64,000 nucleotides of DNA from Azolla caroliniana (GCA_043228905.1 JBHGNT010000002.1:17918001-17982000), one strand, 5' to 3'; shown: positions 50,461-63,342, counted from the stretch's first letter. The notes: generated by a model not told the origin, from the letters alone. Program-made: numbers and translations.

Positions 50461-52052
50461 CAAAATATGTCAACATATACAAGAAGAAGTCGAGCTTCTC
50501 CAAACTCACCTTGATTTGGCAGCTATTAAATATGAAGATGAGGGAGTCAAAGTTGCCAACCTCCCATAAACTTCTAGTCGGGCGTCGACCTAACTCTCCT
50601 CACAAGGCCTGAATTTTGAAGAAGAAATCAAGGCACTTCCCGCCTTTCAAGCCTCCTGACAAGTTGGAAGTGTTATGCACCACCGTTGTTGTGTTAAACA
50701 AGTCTAGGGGAAAACGACAAAGAGTGGTGATTTCACGTTGTTGTGGGTGTCATTGAGGAATTGTTTCATGATATATATATATATATATATATATTCTAAG
50801 TGACATTTGAGAAACTTAAACCTACAACCTTATATACCAAGTAGAAAGTACATACCACTAGGCTCAGATGTTTTTTTCAAAATTATTTTTTCATCATTAT
50901 ACTTATCCCATGTAAATTTTCATACATGAGAGCTCAAATCAGCGAGATGGTTATCATGCATCACATGCATTCCATGCATTGTATGCATGTCTTGTACCCT
51001 CACATCCATCATATGTATGGGGGCGCCTACATAAGAAAGGAAGGAAAAACAAAAAAATGGAAAAAGGTGTTAGCTCATTGAAAACATATCCAATCTCTTA
51101 AAGTTGAAATCAAGGGTTGAAAGCCATAATAGTAATAATTTTTTTATTTTTTTTTATCGTTTTGAAAATCTTCTTCTTATCCCTCCTCTTCTCCACTATA
51201 CCAATTTTCGATCTTCTCCAAGTGTAGCCTTGTTTTCCTCCCATCTTCATCTTTTTGTTAGCATGGTGAATGTCCTTTCCGGTCCAGGACCCCAACAGTC
51301 CTGCTTCATTTCATGAACACACGAGGATTTTCCTCGACACTGTCACCAACGGCTTGATGAAGCTAACGCTCAATGAAGCAATCAGGGTGGTGATGTCTGA
51401 AGAGCTTCAAAGATAGTTTATGGGACTCACCATCGATGACAGTGCAGAAGCACACTTCTCTGGAGGAATGGCTCAAAGGACCGGCCACAATCAAAGCAGG
51501 TTGAGAAGGAGAAGTGACTGATGGTAGTCGAAGTCTAGAGGTGCACCTTCAAATGCTTACTTTACACAATGCAAGAAGGTCGACCACCACATTCCTGACT
51601 GCTAGTCGTTGAACAAAAATTGCAAAGGCCGAAGATTCGAGTGGAATGCAGCCTCTTCCTACTTGAATCAGCCATCAATTGACAAACCAGATTCATATTG
51701 CCGAATTGTCGACGGGAGAAGTCCTTTCATTAGAATGTCACAAATGAACAATTGGAAGATAGAGAAATGGGGAAGTTGATGAATGAGAATACTTATTCCA
51801 TGACTAGTGTTGATCTTCTCGATGTTAACAAAGGAGATCAACCCTTTTTATACATGAAGTGATGCATGCTAAGCATGCTCATACTTGCATACCAAATCAT
51901 ACATACTCAGTCTTACATACTGTAATACTAAGCATGCTAATACTTGCATGCCAAGTCATACATACCCAATCTCACCTAGTATAATACCAAGTTGCACATG
52001 CTAACTCATACTATTTATATACAAAGGTTAAAGTCTAAAGTTTGCCTAGGAG

Positions 52053-52538
52053 ATATATATATATATATATATATGTGGAGCGGTGAAATGCGTAGAGATC
52101 GGAAAGAATTGCAATTGAAGAAAGATTATTGGAATGGAAAGATAACATAGAGCGTGGATATTTTGCATTTCAAATCGATGAGTATAGGGATGTCGAGTCA
52201 AATGCGCATGGATGTACTCCCGTCCGGATATATTTGTCCTCTACCCCTGTTTCCTCCGTATACGAGGGTTTACCTACTCTGGTTACAGCATTTTTTCCCA
52301 TGCCGAACCCCTCTCTCTTGTTTCATTTTGAGAGACTAACGAGTTGAACATTCCATGGTATCCATCAGGCTGTTCGCAAGGGCCAGCCCGATTCTCTTCC
52401 CCGGGGATATGCATTGGATTGAGTAGCCCCGGGAGAGCCGCCGACTCCAACTATCGTCCGTGTCTCCCACAAAATTCTACTATGTGAAGATTCGCGCGCG
52501 AGAAGGCAAAACAAAAATTGAGAAACACGCACGAAAAG

Positions 52539-52587
<49 letters not shown>
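52053..52587. other. Organelle-DNA mosaic (plastid rrn16 piece, nad2-like piece, plastid trnA-intron-like piece) between two (TA)n tracts
   Basis: gtggagcggtgaaatgcgtagagatcggaaagaa (52075-52108), VYEGLPTLVTAFF (about 52258-52296), gagagccgccgactccaactatcgtcc (about 52433-52459). Recognised from memory. Confidence 0.6.
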
Positions 52588-52589
<2 letters not shown>

Positions 52590-52596
52590 AGGACCT

Positions 52597-53310
52597 AGGT
52601 TTGAATTCGAGTCGATGTTCATGACATTATCCTCCCCTTAAGCACCGACTTCAAGAAGGTACGGGTTCATGAGGATATCAGAGATGAAAATCATGAGCCA
52701 CTTCTAGGGCATTGAATAAATTTTTATTGGGCTCCCATGTGGCCTCAGAGACGGGATATCCTTTCCATAAGACTAGGTATTGGAGCTTTCGTTGGCTCCT
52801 ACAGGAGTCTAAAATGGTCTCGACTTCCTCCTCATCCTCGGTCACCAAGGCCACATGGAGGGGAGGGGGGGCGATGGCTTGATGCTTCTTTCTGGAATCG
52901 GGGATGGATGGTAGAGCTCAAGAAGTGATGCATGGAAGACATTGTGAATTCGGTAATGTGATGGAAGAGTAAGACTGAAAGGTATGGACCTGACTTTGTC
53001 AACGATGCAGAACAGACATAATTTTTTGTAATCAAGTTTGTTGCATGGGCGAGTTGTCGGAATATGTCGACTTAATAGCCATACCATGTTGCTAACTTTA
53101 AAACCAGGTGCAACTCGCCGATGTCGATTAACCTTCTCTTTGTGTCATTTCTGAGCAATGGATAGTTTGAGGGATAGATCATGGCGCACTTCTTACATTA
53201 GACAAGCTCATTCTTCAACAAATGGATTCACAAAACCAATAGGGATAGCTATGCTAAAGCGTGGGTGGAACCCGTAGTTTGTAAAGAACTGTGTTATGCT
53301 AGTTGATGTG
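52597..53310 (-). mobile_element. Fragment of a second Tcn1-like chromovirus (INT end, chromodomain, PPT, LTR start)
   Basis: VWLLSRHIPTTRPCNKLDYK..IHNVFHASLLE; catgaca|ttatcctcccct junction as in element D. Confidence 0.75.
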
Positions 53311-53922
53311 TCGAACACAACATCACGGCTGGCTCAAACTTGTTTGGTTCGGGGGTTATAGCACTTATAGCCCTTTTGTTCGTCCAAGTAGTTGACGAGA
53401 ATGCACTTCTCAATTTTGGCGTCCAACTTCCTCCGCTTCTCCTCCGGCACATGCACATATGATATGCTACCGAACACCCTCAAGTGTCCCAACGTTGGCT
53501 TGCGCCCGAAATAAAGCTCATTTGGTGACACTCCTCCATTTGTAGACGTCTAATTTTGTAGGTAAACAATCATTCTAACCACTTCGACCCACTAGAACTT
53601 GGCCATGCTTTTTTCTTCAAGCATTGCCCCCGCCGCTTCCTCAATCGTACGGTTCTTCCTTTTGCCCACGATGTTCTTCCTCAATCGTATCTGCAAGAGA
53701 ATTCGCGCCGAAGTCCCTCCTTCTATAGATAACGAGTGAACTGGTCAGAAAAGTATTCCTTTCTACCATTAGTTTGGAGGCACTTGATCTTCCGTCTTGT
53801 CTCTTGTTTGGCAAGGCATTTCACTTTTAGGAAGTAGGAGAAGACTTCGCTCTTCTTCTCAATCAAGCATGCTCATGTATGCCAAGTGAAGTCATCGATG
53901 AAGGTTACAAGGTAACGGTTAC
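53310..53922 (-). mobile_element. Copia integrase fragment of family A
   Basis: RYLVTFIDDFTWHT..HLRVFGSISYVHVPEEKRRKLD. Confidence 0.8.
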
Positions 53923-55962
53923 TGTTGGGAAATCGGTCCCTCCTGATGGGATCCGGTTTTGAATAAAGAGGACCCGGTGAGAACCGGAAGAGAAGACATA
54001 TTTGTAAATATGTTTTGAGTAAGCCTATTGAGGCTATATTTGTAAATAGCCCTAATTTCATATAAGTATAAATATGACTTAGGGCAATCACTTTGATAGT
54101 GTTGTTGTCATATTGTTGTTGATATAACTATTGTATAGCGAGAGAGGAGATATAGAGTGATACTCAGTTGTAACCGCCGCTTAGCGAAGATACAAAGCTC
54201 AAGGTCATTGTCTCCGGGTCTCTAATTGTATCTTTCTTATATATAGTGATAGCTTGGAGTCTATGGGCTCCCGTGGTTTTTCCCATTAGGGTTTTCCACG
54301 TAAGCATTTTGTGTACTCTCTACTTCCCATTTCTGTGTTTCATTCTCATTGAAGTGATTCAAGACTCGGTTGTAGCCAAGCAATATTCCGCACTATTTCC
54401 CTCAAACTGGTATCAGAGCGAACAACATAGGAAATGGAAGAATCGTTCGGCGGCATGTTCAAGCTCACCGGTTCCAACTACTCAGTGTGGAATTCAAAGA
54501 TGAGGGATATGTTGGTGGTTAAAGATCTTTGGTTGCTGGTTCAATTCAGGGACAAGAGACCAGATAAGATTGATGCCGCAATGTGCGAGGTGATGCACAT
54601 GAAGACGATGGCATACATTCGATGCTTCATCGACATGAGCCTATACAACAATTTCAATGAAAAGAGCAAGGCTCATGAACTCTGGGAGAACATCGACATC
54701 ATGTTCCAGAACAAGAATGTTGTTAATCGAGTTTCGGTATTCTGGACGCTAGTGAGGCTCCGGTACCAGGACGGCGCCAGTATGGCGGAGCACATGAATG
54801 CCTTCTAAGGGCTAATACACCAAGAAACCTCGTTGGAAGCACCTCTCGCCGATGAGGTACTCGCATTACTCCTGATCGGTTCCCTCTCGGATAGTTGGGA
54901 GACGCTAGTTGTCATGTTGGGAAACGTCAGGCCAAAAGGAAAGCAGTTGTCCCTAGCAAGGGTAAAATCAAGCTTGCTAGATGAAGAAGCTCGCCGAAAG
55001 GACCGGGAATCCAAAACCAATCCGAAGGCCTTGGTCACGGAAGATGACCACAACGGGGGAAGAGGCCGATATCGGAGTCCCCAAAACCGGGACAAATCGG
55101 GGACGAGGTCAAAATCAAGGGGGAGGCCTACTTGCTTCTATTGTGGGAAGCCGAGGCACTTCCAGAAGAACTGTTGGTATTTCCGGAAAGAGAAAGGAAC
55201 CGATAGTGCCAATTCGAAGACTGGTTCGGACCGGAAGGGAAAGTCTCCGATCGCGACAAGTGAAGAAGAACTGATGCTCATTACCGAGGAGAATGAGTTA
55301 AACCTTGTCGGCGGCGAGACAACGTGAGTTGTCGATTCCAGAGCGTCGTTCCACCTGACACCGGACCGGAGATGCTTCTCATCTTACACAATCGGTGATC
55401 ATGGTTGTGTCCGGATGGGGAATGAAGGAACATGCCAAATTGTCAGCATAGGAGATGTGTTGTTGACAACATCAATCGGATGCAAGTTGCTACTGAAGGA
55501 TGTCTGACACGTTTCGGAGGTTCGGTTGAACCCAATATCAGCATGTTGGCAAGATGATGAAAGCTACACGGGTAGCATCCAGAACAAAGTCAGGAAGTTT
55601 AGCAAAGGAAGCATGATCGTGGCTAGAGCCTGGAAGATCAACACATTGTATCTGATGCATGCCCGGATATGTCGGGAAGAAGTGAAATGTAGCATCTGAC
55701 ACTGCCGGTGAGTTGTGACACAAAAGACAGTGTCACATGAGTGAGAAGGGGATGAAGAGACTTGCCGAAGACAATCTCATTCCGTTGAAGGACATGCAAC
55801 TTGAGAAGTGCAATGATTGCTTGGCCGGCAAGCAAAACCGAGCCTCCTTCAGGTCAAGACCATTGATGAGACGGAATGCACCACTGGAGCCGGTGCATAC
55901 CGATGTGTATCAAGTGGACACGAAGTCACAAGCTGGATCGCAGTACTTCGTGACGTTCATAG

Positions 55963-56721
55963 TGACGGGAACTCAAGGCTCCTTATGTCCAACGCTCGGC
56001 CACAACCGAGCTTCTTTTCATACGCAGAAAACGGAAACAAATGCACGACACAGTGGAGAGGAAAAATAATAATACACATGAGGTTTACGTGGAAAACCCC
56101 AAACTAGGGGAAAAACCACGGCAGCCCACAGGCTGCAAACTGTCACTATGTGAGAATGTACAACTGTGAGTTCACTGAGGCAACGACCTCGTGCTCACAA
56201 ATCTTCGCCACACGTGGCGGTTACAACAGAGGCAACGACCTCTTTCTCTCTCTCTCTCTCTCTGTACACTATTACGTGCTCTCTCTTCTTCTTGCACCAA
56301 CAAAGAAAAAATGACAACAACTAAAAGTTTGCCCTAAGTCATATTTATACTAATATAACTTTTCGGCTATTTACAAATATAGCCTCGATGGGCTCTCAGA
56401 AACATATTTACGAATATGTCTCTTCCTCCGGTACTCACCGGTTCTGCACCATCCGGCTCTCCGTAGCCGGGTACTCCTCATCCGGTTCACACCGGGCCTG
56501 CACCATCCGGCTCTCCGTAGCCGGGTACTACTCATCCGGTTCACACCGGGCCTGTATCATCCGGCTCTCCGTAGCCGGGTACTCCTCATCCGGTTCACAC
56601 CGGGCCTGTATCATCCGGCTCTCCGTAGCCGGGTATTCCTCATACCGTTTCGGCCTCGGCCGAGTTTGTTCGTCGGCACTGTTCTTCTCCCTTCCCATCC
56701 GGAGGGACCTGTCTCCCAACA
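55963..56721 (-). mobile_element. Solo LTR (copia G/H type) with a 54-bp tandem array
   Basis: TG..CA ends, perfect CATAG TSD, host YFVTFI|DD restored, about 4 units at about 56430-56645. Confidence 0.92.
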
Positions 56722-57841
56722 CATAGATGACCACATCCGAAAGCTGTGGGTCTCATCGTTGAAGACGAAGGATCAGGTGTTATCTGTCTTCAAGGAACTC
56801 CACGCGAGAGTGGAAAGACAAACCGGTCGGAAGCTGAAGGCGGTTCGAGCAGACAACGGAGGAGAATACCGGGGGCAGTTCGAGGAGTACTGCCTGTCGA
56901 AGGGAATCTAGCTCAAATTCACCGTGTCGAAGACACCGGAATTGAACGGGCCAGCCGAACAGATGAACCGGACCGTGATGGAGAGAGTCCGGAGCATGCT
57001 AGCACATGCAAAGTTACTCAAGATGTTTTGGGCTGAGGCGCTGACGACGGCGACCTATGTGATAAACAGATCACCCTCAGTACCCTTGGATGGAGACACA
57101 TCACAAAGAGTGTGAACCGGTAAGGACATATCCTACCGGCATCTAAAGGAGTTCAGATGTCTCGCTTACGTGCATGTAGCGAAGGACAAGAGAGCAAAGC
57201 TGGATCCGAAGTCCCAGCCATGCATATTCCTTCGATACAGCGATGATGAGTTCAATTACCGGGTGTAGGATCTGGTCGACAAGAAGGTGTTCCGAAGTTG
57301 GGATATAGTCTTCATGGAAGACAGGACCATTGCTGTTGGGAGTCAGCGAAGAAGTTGATGAATTCCGGATCATCCAATGAAAACCGGTTAGGGACACAAG
57401 GACTTACCCGGTTGAAAACCAGATGACACTTGACGAACCGGCCGGATACGGACAAAAAACCGAACCGACCGAAGAAGAAGAAGAAGACACCGGAACCAGA
57501 CAAGATCCTGAATCGGATTTGGATGAGGAACAAACGGAGGAACTGGTAGTCAGAAACCAAGGCAAGATTCGGATGTTGAAGAAGGCTCTGAACTGGACCT
57601 TCTCAATAAAAGACTTGGGTTCGGCAAGACAGATATTGGGAATGCACATCATCTGGGACCGGTTGAAGAAGCTTTTGTGGTTGTCACAGGAGAAGTACAT
57701 GACAAAAGTGCTTCAACGGTTCAACATGTCGGAGGTGAAACCGGTCGGATCGACACTTCCGGCAAATTGCAACCTATCCGGAAAACAAAGCCCGAGGACA
57801 AAGGTGGAGAAGAACGATATGATGAAGATACCATATGCATC

Positions 57842-58009
57842 TGTCGAATACATGTGTATAATGGACGTATTCACACTATCCCTTTGGGCCATTTGTGTAA
57901 TTAGCATAAAGGGTAGTTGCCCTAAGTCGGTCACTATATATAGTGACCTTGTAACCTTTTTGTAAGGTTGGGTGATTGTATTATTGCTTTGTGGAATAGA
58001 AAGTCTTTT

Positions 58010-58047
<38 letters not shown>

Positions 58048-61000
58048 ATCTCTGTGCAACGACCTAGAAACTGTCATACGCAGGTACAGAGAAACAATCG
58101 AATGCTTCTTAATCTTCCGCATAGACGACCTTGTCTCCAACATCTGGTATCAGAGCCTGCACAGTAGTCGGTCCTTCAATCCGCTGTCGGCCGTCGTCTC
58201 AGCCTGCACAGCATTCGGTTTCCTGCGTCATTCGAAGAAGAGAGAAGAAGAAGAGAAACGAGGCTTGCATCTCATCGCGTTAGATCATCTTCGCTTGGAG
58301 TAAGCCAGCACGTTGTACTCTGTCCCTTGTGATCGTAACCGCTCGAGGTGAAATCCCCTTGTGCAACATTGACACGATCGTGCTCCATTCGGTTAAACGG
58401 CATCCGAAGAGGTCATCAAACGCTGCTCGCCGCTCATTGTAACCACTCGGTGCAGATCGGTCTCAAGACAACAACCCAAATTCGTGCTTCATCTGGCTGA
58501 TCGACATTCGGGAGGATCAGTTGGATCCGTCTCTCTCGTTGCTGCAGTCAACCGAAGCAGAATCGGTCCAGATAATCGGTTTCAATAATCGGTATTCGGC
58601 ATATATATCCGAAGCGAACCGGGCTCACTCCAACTCGGCAACATTCGGGAAGACCAGTCGGTTCTGTCCCTCAAGTTACCGGAGTCAATTCGAGCAAGTT
58701 CAACAATACATATATCCGAAGCCGAACCGACTCGGGTTCAAATCCAACTAGAACGATATCGGGTGAGCCAACCGGCTGCACTCCAACAAGGTTCGTAGTC
58801 AACTCCGAACCGAGCTTCGTTAACCGAAACCAAATTTGATGGCATCAACATCCGGCTCGTCAGAAATGAGTCTACGAAAGTTCGATGGATCGAACTTCAA
58901 CTTCTGGAAGGAGCAAATGCAGGACTATCTCATAGTCAAGGGGCAAATCGATCCCATCGAAAATGAAGAACCTCCAGAAGGATACAAACCAATTGAGTGG
59001 CAGAAGCTGGACAGAATCGTCCGCGCCACGATTCGGATGCACCTATCGGAAACGGTATACTTTACGGTGCAATCGTGTACGACAGCATTCGAACTGTGGA
59101 AAACACTGTCGGACACTTACGAAAAGAAGGTCGCCGCAACAAAGATGTTTCTGATCCGGCGCCTCTACAACTTGCGGATGAAAGAATCTGACTCGGTTCA
59201 AGCACACCTCAATGAGTACGAAAGCATAAGCTCCCAAATCTCGTCACAGGGGACGGCAATCGAGGATGAACTCAGAGCAATGATACTCGTGAGTAGCCTT
59301 CCCTCATCATGGGAAACTTTCGTCACAACTGTGTGCAACGCGTCAACCACGGCTGTTAAATACTCCGAAGTCACGAGCGCAATCCTGACCGAAGCAGCTC
59401 GGAGAAAGTCTTTCGCCAAAGACTCAACAGACGACGCTTATGTAGTACAAGGTTCGACAGACCGATCGAACATACGAGGAAGAGATTCCTCACGACCGCC
59501 GAACAATCAGCGAAGACGGAGCCAGTCACGGGATAACCGAATCTGCAACTATTGCAAGAAACCCGGACACATCAAAGCCGACTGCCGCGCACTCAAGAAC
59601 AAGAACAACAAGAAGAGTGGCCGGCATGAGGAGATCAATTACGTCAGCTTCTCAGCTGATGTGCTACCAGACGACCCGAATATACTATCAATCGAAAATC
59701 CAGTCGGATCAGAAGTCCTACTCACGACTGAAGAGTCGAGCACATGGCTCTTAGATTCGGGCGCGTCATTTCACGTGACTCCTCATCGATCCCAATTTCG
59801 GCAATATACGATCCGTCACTCCGACTCAGTTCGAGTCGGCAACTCACAACACTGTGACATCATCGGAATCGGCACAGTAGAGCTCAACCTTGCAGGTGGC
59901 TCTACACTTGTACTCCACAATGTCCGACATGTACCCGAGCTCTCAAGGCCATTGATCTCAGTCGGACAACTAGATGAAGACGGCATTCGTGCCGGCTTTT
60001 CTTCGGGAGGGTGGACACTCCACAGGGGGGACCTCCTGCTTGCTAGAGGACCCAAGATACACTCACTGTATCCGTTACATGTTACACTCAGAGAGGGTAA
60101 CCTGTTTTTGGTGGATATTCCTGTGTCATCACTATGGCACAGAAGATTAGGACACCTCAGCAAGGCCGGCATTACGCACCTATCTAGAGCCGGATACATC
60201 CCTAAACTCTCCTTCTCCGACCATCAATTCTGCGAGCATTGCCAGTATGGCAAACAAGCAGCCGCATCACACCCGACATCAGCACCAAGAGAAACGAGAC
60301 CTCTCGATTTGGTCCACTCGGACGTCTGTGGCCCAATGCCGCATCAGTCTCTCGGCGGTGCCTCTTACTTCGTCAGTTTTATTGACGATTCGACTCGAAA
60401 GGTGTGGGCTTATCCAATTCGCACCAAAGATCGTGTCTTCTCGATCTTCTCCGATTGGCTCGCTATGGTGGAAAATCAAACTGACCGAAAACTGAAATGC
60501 TTTCGGACCGACAATGGGGGAGAGTTCAAATCCGAAGAATTCGTCAAATTCTGCCGACAACGCGGCATCCGACGTGAATTTACGGCACCACACAGTCCGG
60601 AGCAAAACGGGATTGCAGAACGAATGAATCGGACAATCCAAGAAAGGATAGTTTCCATGCTCCAACACTCCGGACTGTCGGATGGCTTCTGGGCAGAGGC
60701 TCTACTCACGGCAGTACACATAATCAATATGTCGCCAAGTAGACCTCTAGGACTTCAAATTCCTCAGGAACTATGGATCGGCAGTAGGCCGAATTACGAC
60801 AAGCTGAGGATCTTCGGATGCGAGGCGTACGCCCTTATTCCGAAAGATGATCGCCGAAAACTTGCACCTCGGTCCAGGAAATGCATTTTCCTTGGATATG
60901 GATCAGACGGCGAAATGGGATACCGACTCTGGGACCCCGAACGCAGACAAATCGTTCGAAGTTCGGACGTTGTGTTCAACGAGTCGGCTATGAATCCATC

Positions 61001-63213
61001 AGTCGAAAAACCGATCGAAGTCCGAAGGGTAACATTTTCCGATGTGCCGACCCTTCAAGAAGGCCCCGCTCTTAACACACGGTCAGCTTCACGGGTAGCT
61101 GAACCTTACACTACCGACTCGGACAACTCCGACTCGGCACAGCCGAATGACTCGCTTTCGGACCATCCGACCTCGATACCCGATGCGACCAGTCTAATCA
61201 TACCTCGACGATCCGAGAGACTGTCGCAACCTCCAGAGAGGTATTCTCCTGGAATTTTCTTCACCGACGCCGGCGAACCGATGTCTTACGAAGAAGCATC
61301 GACATCTGTCGATTCCGCCACCTGGCATCTGGCGATGGAGTCGGAAATGCACTCCATTCGGGCAAACAAGACTTGGGATCTGGTCGAATTACCTAAGAAT
61401 CGACGTGCTCTCCCTTGCAAGTGGGTTTATCGACTTAAAGAGACGTCTGATTCGACCACCCCAAAGTACAAGGCCAGATTAGTTGCGAAGGGCTTCCGAC
61501 AAGAATATGGCGTCGACTTCGACGAGATTTTCTCACCAGTGGTGAAAATGACAACCCTTCGTTTTCTACTCGGCGTAGTGGCAGCCGACAACTTGGAGCT
61601 GATTCAGCTAGATGTCAAAACCGCCTTCCTCCATGGTGATCTTGAAGAGGAAATTTATATGGAGCAGCCAAAAGGCTTCGTGGCAACTGGCCAAGAACAT
61701 CTAGTCTACCGACTCAGGAAGAGTCTATACGGCCTCAAACAGGCACCACGACAATGGTACAAGAAGTTCGACGACTTCATCCAATCGATCGGCTTCTCAA
61801 AAAGCGATGAGGACCATTGTCTTTTTACCAACACAGCTCAAGATGGATCACCCATCTTCCTCATCATTTACGTGGACGACATGCTAATCTCTGGACGCCA
61901 CGCGGGCGAACTTGCCGATCTCATTCGGCAACTGCGGTTGAAGTTTGCCATGAAGGACCTCGGTCCAGCACGACACATACTCGGCATGAAGATTAGTCGG
62001 CATCGCGATAAACGACATCTTTTTTTGTCTCAGACCGACTATATCCGACGTGTCTTAGAACGCTTCAACATGCAATCAGCCAAATCTGCATCAACCCCGC
62101 TCCCCATGAATCTTCGGCTCTCTCAGCGAGACTGCCCGACATCCGGTCCGGAGGGGGAAGATATGAAGTCGGTACCGTATGCACCGGCAGTCGGCTCCCT
62201 TATGTACCTGATGGTCGCGACACGGCCTGATATTTCTCATGCCGTAGGAGTCGTTAGCAGATTTATGCACAATCCTGGCCGATCGCATTGGAACGCAGTC
62301 AAGCATGTGTTCAGATATCTGGCTGGCACAAAAGACCACGGCATTCTTTTCGGTCCGAACCGAACCTCAGGCGTAGTCGGTTACACCGACTCGGACTTCG
62401 CCGGCTGTATAGACAGTCGGAAATCAACAACCGGATACTGCTTCAAATTCGGCAATGGAGCAATTTCGTGGAAGTCGAAACTTCAGGAGTGCACAGCGAC
62501 CTCAACGACCGAAGCAGAATATGTAGCTGCGTCCGACGCTGCAAAAGAAGCTTTGTGGCTCGGCCGGCTGGCGCACACGTTTCGACAAGTCGACCATGAC
62601 TCGGCTCCAGTTGTCTATAGCGACAGTCAAGGTGCTGTTGCCTTGTCGAAAAATCCGGTTCACCACAACGCCTCCAAACATATCGACGTTCGATATCACT
62701 TCGTTCGGGACTGCGTCATTTCAGGGAAAATCGGTCTAGAGAAAATATCCACAACCGACAATGTCGCAGATGGAATGACCAAGTGTCTTTCGGCAGACCG
62801 TTTTCGGTCTCTTCGGCATCAGATGGGCGTAACGACAAACCAGTCCGGTTAGAGCCGGACACAGAGCAGGATGGTTCCCGACAACCGACATCAGTTCCTT
62901 AATGATCGGCTTCAACTGTTCCGACCCGACCAGTTCGGTCTTCTGCCTTCGGACCCTGCCGACTCGAACAAAGCTGATACGTCCGAGAACCTAAGTCTAT
63001 ACCTGTAATCTTAGATAACCCATGTATACGCCCATTACGGGGGAGTGTCGAATACATGTGTATAATGGACGTATTCACACTATCCCTTTGGGCCATTTGT
63101 GTAATTAGCATAAAGGGTAGTTGCCCTAAGTCGGTCACTATATATAGTGACCTTGTAACCTTTTTGTAAGGTTGGGTGATTGTATTATTGCTTTGTGGAA
63201 TAGAAACTCTTTT

Positions 63214-63247
<34 letters not shown>

Positions 63248-63342
63248 ATCTCTGTGCAACGACCTAGAAACTGTCATACGCAGGTACAGAGAAACAATCG
63301 AATGCTTCTTAATCTTCCGCATAGACGACCTTGTCTCCAACA
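57842..63342 (+). mobile_element. Intact young Ty1/copia I; LTRs 57842-58142 and 63046-63342
   Basis: GCATC TSD, iMet PBS 58145-58156, PPT gggggag. LTRs differ by one substitution and 4 bp of (CT)n as seen by eye. Confidence 0.97.
58839..62852 (+). CDS. Gag-Pol polyprotein of copia I (1337 aa)
   Basis: KFDGSNF, CNYCKKPGHIKADC, WLLDSGAS, HSDVCGP, YVDDML, YTDSDFAG; uninterrupted. Confidence 0.96.
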   Translation: MASTSGSSEMSLRKFDGSNFNFWKEQMQDYLIVKGQIDPIENEEPPEGYKPIEWQKLDRIVRATIRMHLSETVYFTVQSCTTAFELWKTLSDTYEKKVAATKMFLIRRLYNLRMKESDSVQAHLNEYESISSQISSQGTAIEDELRAMILVSSLPSSWETFVTTVCNASTTAVKYSEVTSAILTEAARRKSFAKDSTDDAYVVQGSTDRSNIRGRDSSRPPNNQRRRSQSRDNRICNYCKKPGHIKADCRALKNKNNKKSGRHEEINYVSFSADVLPDDPNILSIENPVGSEVLLTTEESSTWLLDSGASFHVTPHRSQFRQYTIRHSDSVRVGNSQHCDIIGIGTVELNLAGGSTLVLHNVRHVPELSRPLISVGQLDEDGIRAGFSSGGWTLHRGDLLLARGPKIHSLYPLHVTLREGNLFLVDIPVSSLWHRRLGHLSKAGITHLSRAGYIPKLSFSDHQFCEHCQYGKQAAASHPTSAPRETRPLDLVHSDVCGPMPHQSLGGASYFVSFIDDSTRKVWAYPIRTKDRVFSIFSDWLAMVENQTDRKLKCFRTDNGGEFKSEEFVKFCRQRGIRREFTAPHSPEQNGIAERMNRTIQERIVSMLQHSGLSDGFWAEALLTAVHIINMSPSRPLGLQIPQELWIGSRPNYDKLRIFGCEAYALIPKDDRRKLAPRSRKCIFLGYGSDGEMGYRLWDPERRQIVRSSDVVFNESAMNPSVEKPIEVRRVTFSDVPTLQEGPALNTRSASRVAEPYTTDSDNSDSAQPNDSLSDHPTSIPDATSLIIPRRSERLSQPPERYSPGIFFTDAGEPMSYEEASTSVDSATWHLAMESEMHSIRANKTWDLVELPKNRRALPCKWVYRLKETSDSTTPKYKARLVAKGFRQEYGVDFDEIFSPVVKMTTLRFLLGVVAADNLELIQLDVKTAFLHGDLEEEIYMEQPKGFVATGQEHLVYRLRKSLYGLKQAPRQWYKKFDDFIQSIGFSKSDEDHCLFTNTAQDGSPIFLIIYVDDMLISGRHAGELADLIRQLRLKFAMKDLGPARHILGMKISRHRDKRHLFLSQTDYIRRVLERFNMQSAKSASTPLPMNLRLSQRDCPTSGPEGEDMKSVPYAPAVGSLMYLMVATRPDISHAVGVVSRFMHNPGRSHWNAVKHVFRYLAGTKDHGILFGPNRTSGVVGYTDSDFAGCIDSRKSTTGYCFKFGNGAISWKSKLQECTATSTTEAEYVAASDAAKEALWLGRLAHTFRQVDHDSAPVVYSDSQGAVALSKNPVHHNASKHIDVRYHFVRDCVISGKIGLEKISTTDNVADGMTKCLSADRFRSLRHQMGVTTNQSG

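Larger units (their letters stand above)
42252..50700 (-). mobile_element. Decayed Ty1/copia F (gag-PR-INT, PBS about 50207-50218, LTR from 50220), host of element G
   Basis: DKLDGTNY gag, WYFDSGAT, WHARFGH, FIDDFSR; gctctcatacca PBS. Right limit approximate. Confidence 0.8.

Noticed and set aside
52075-52108. 16S rRNA gene
   Set aside because: Only about 34 bp; treated as an organelle-derived fragment.
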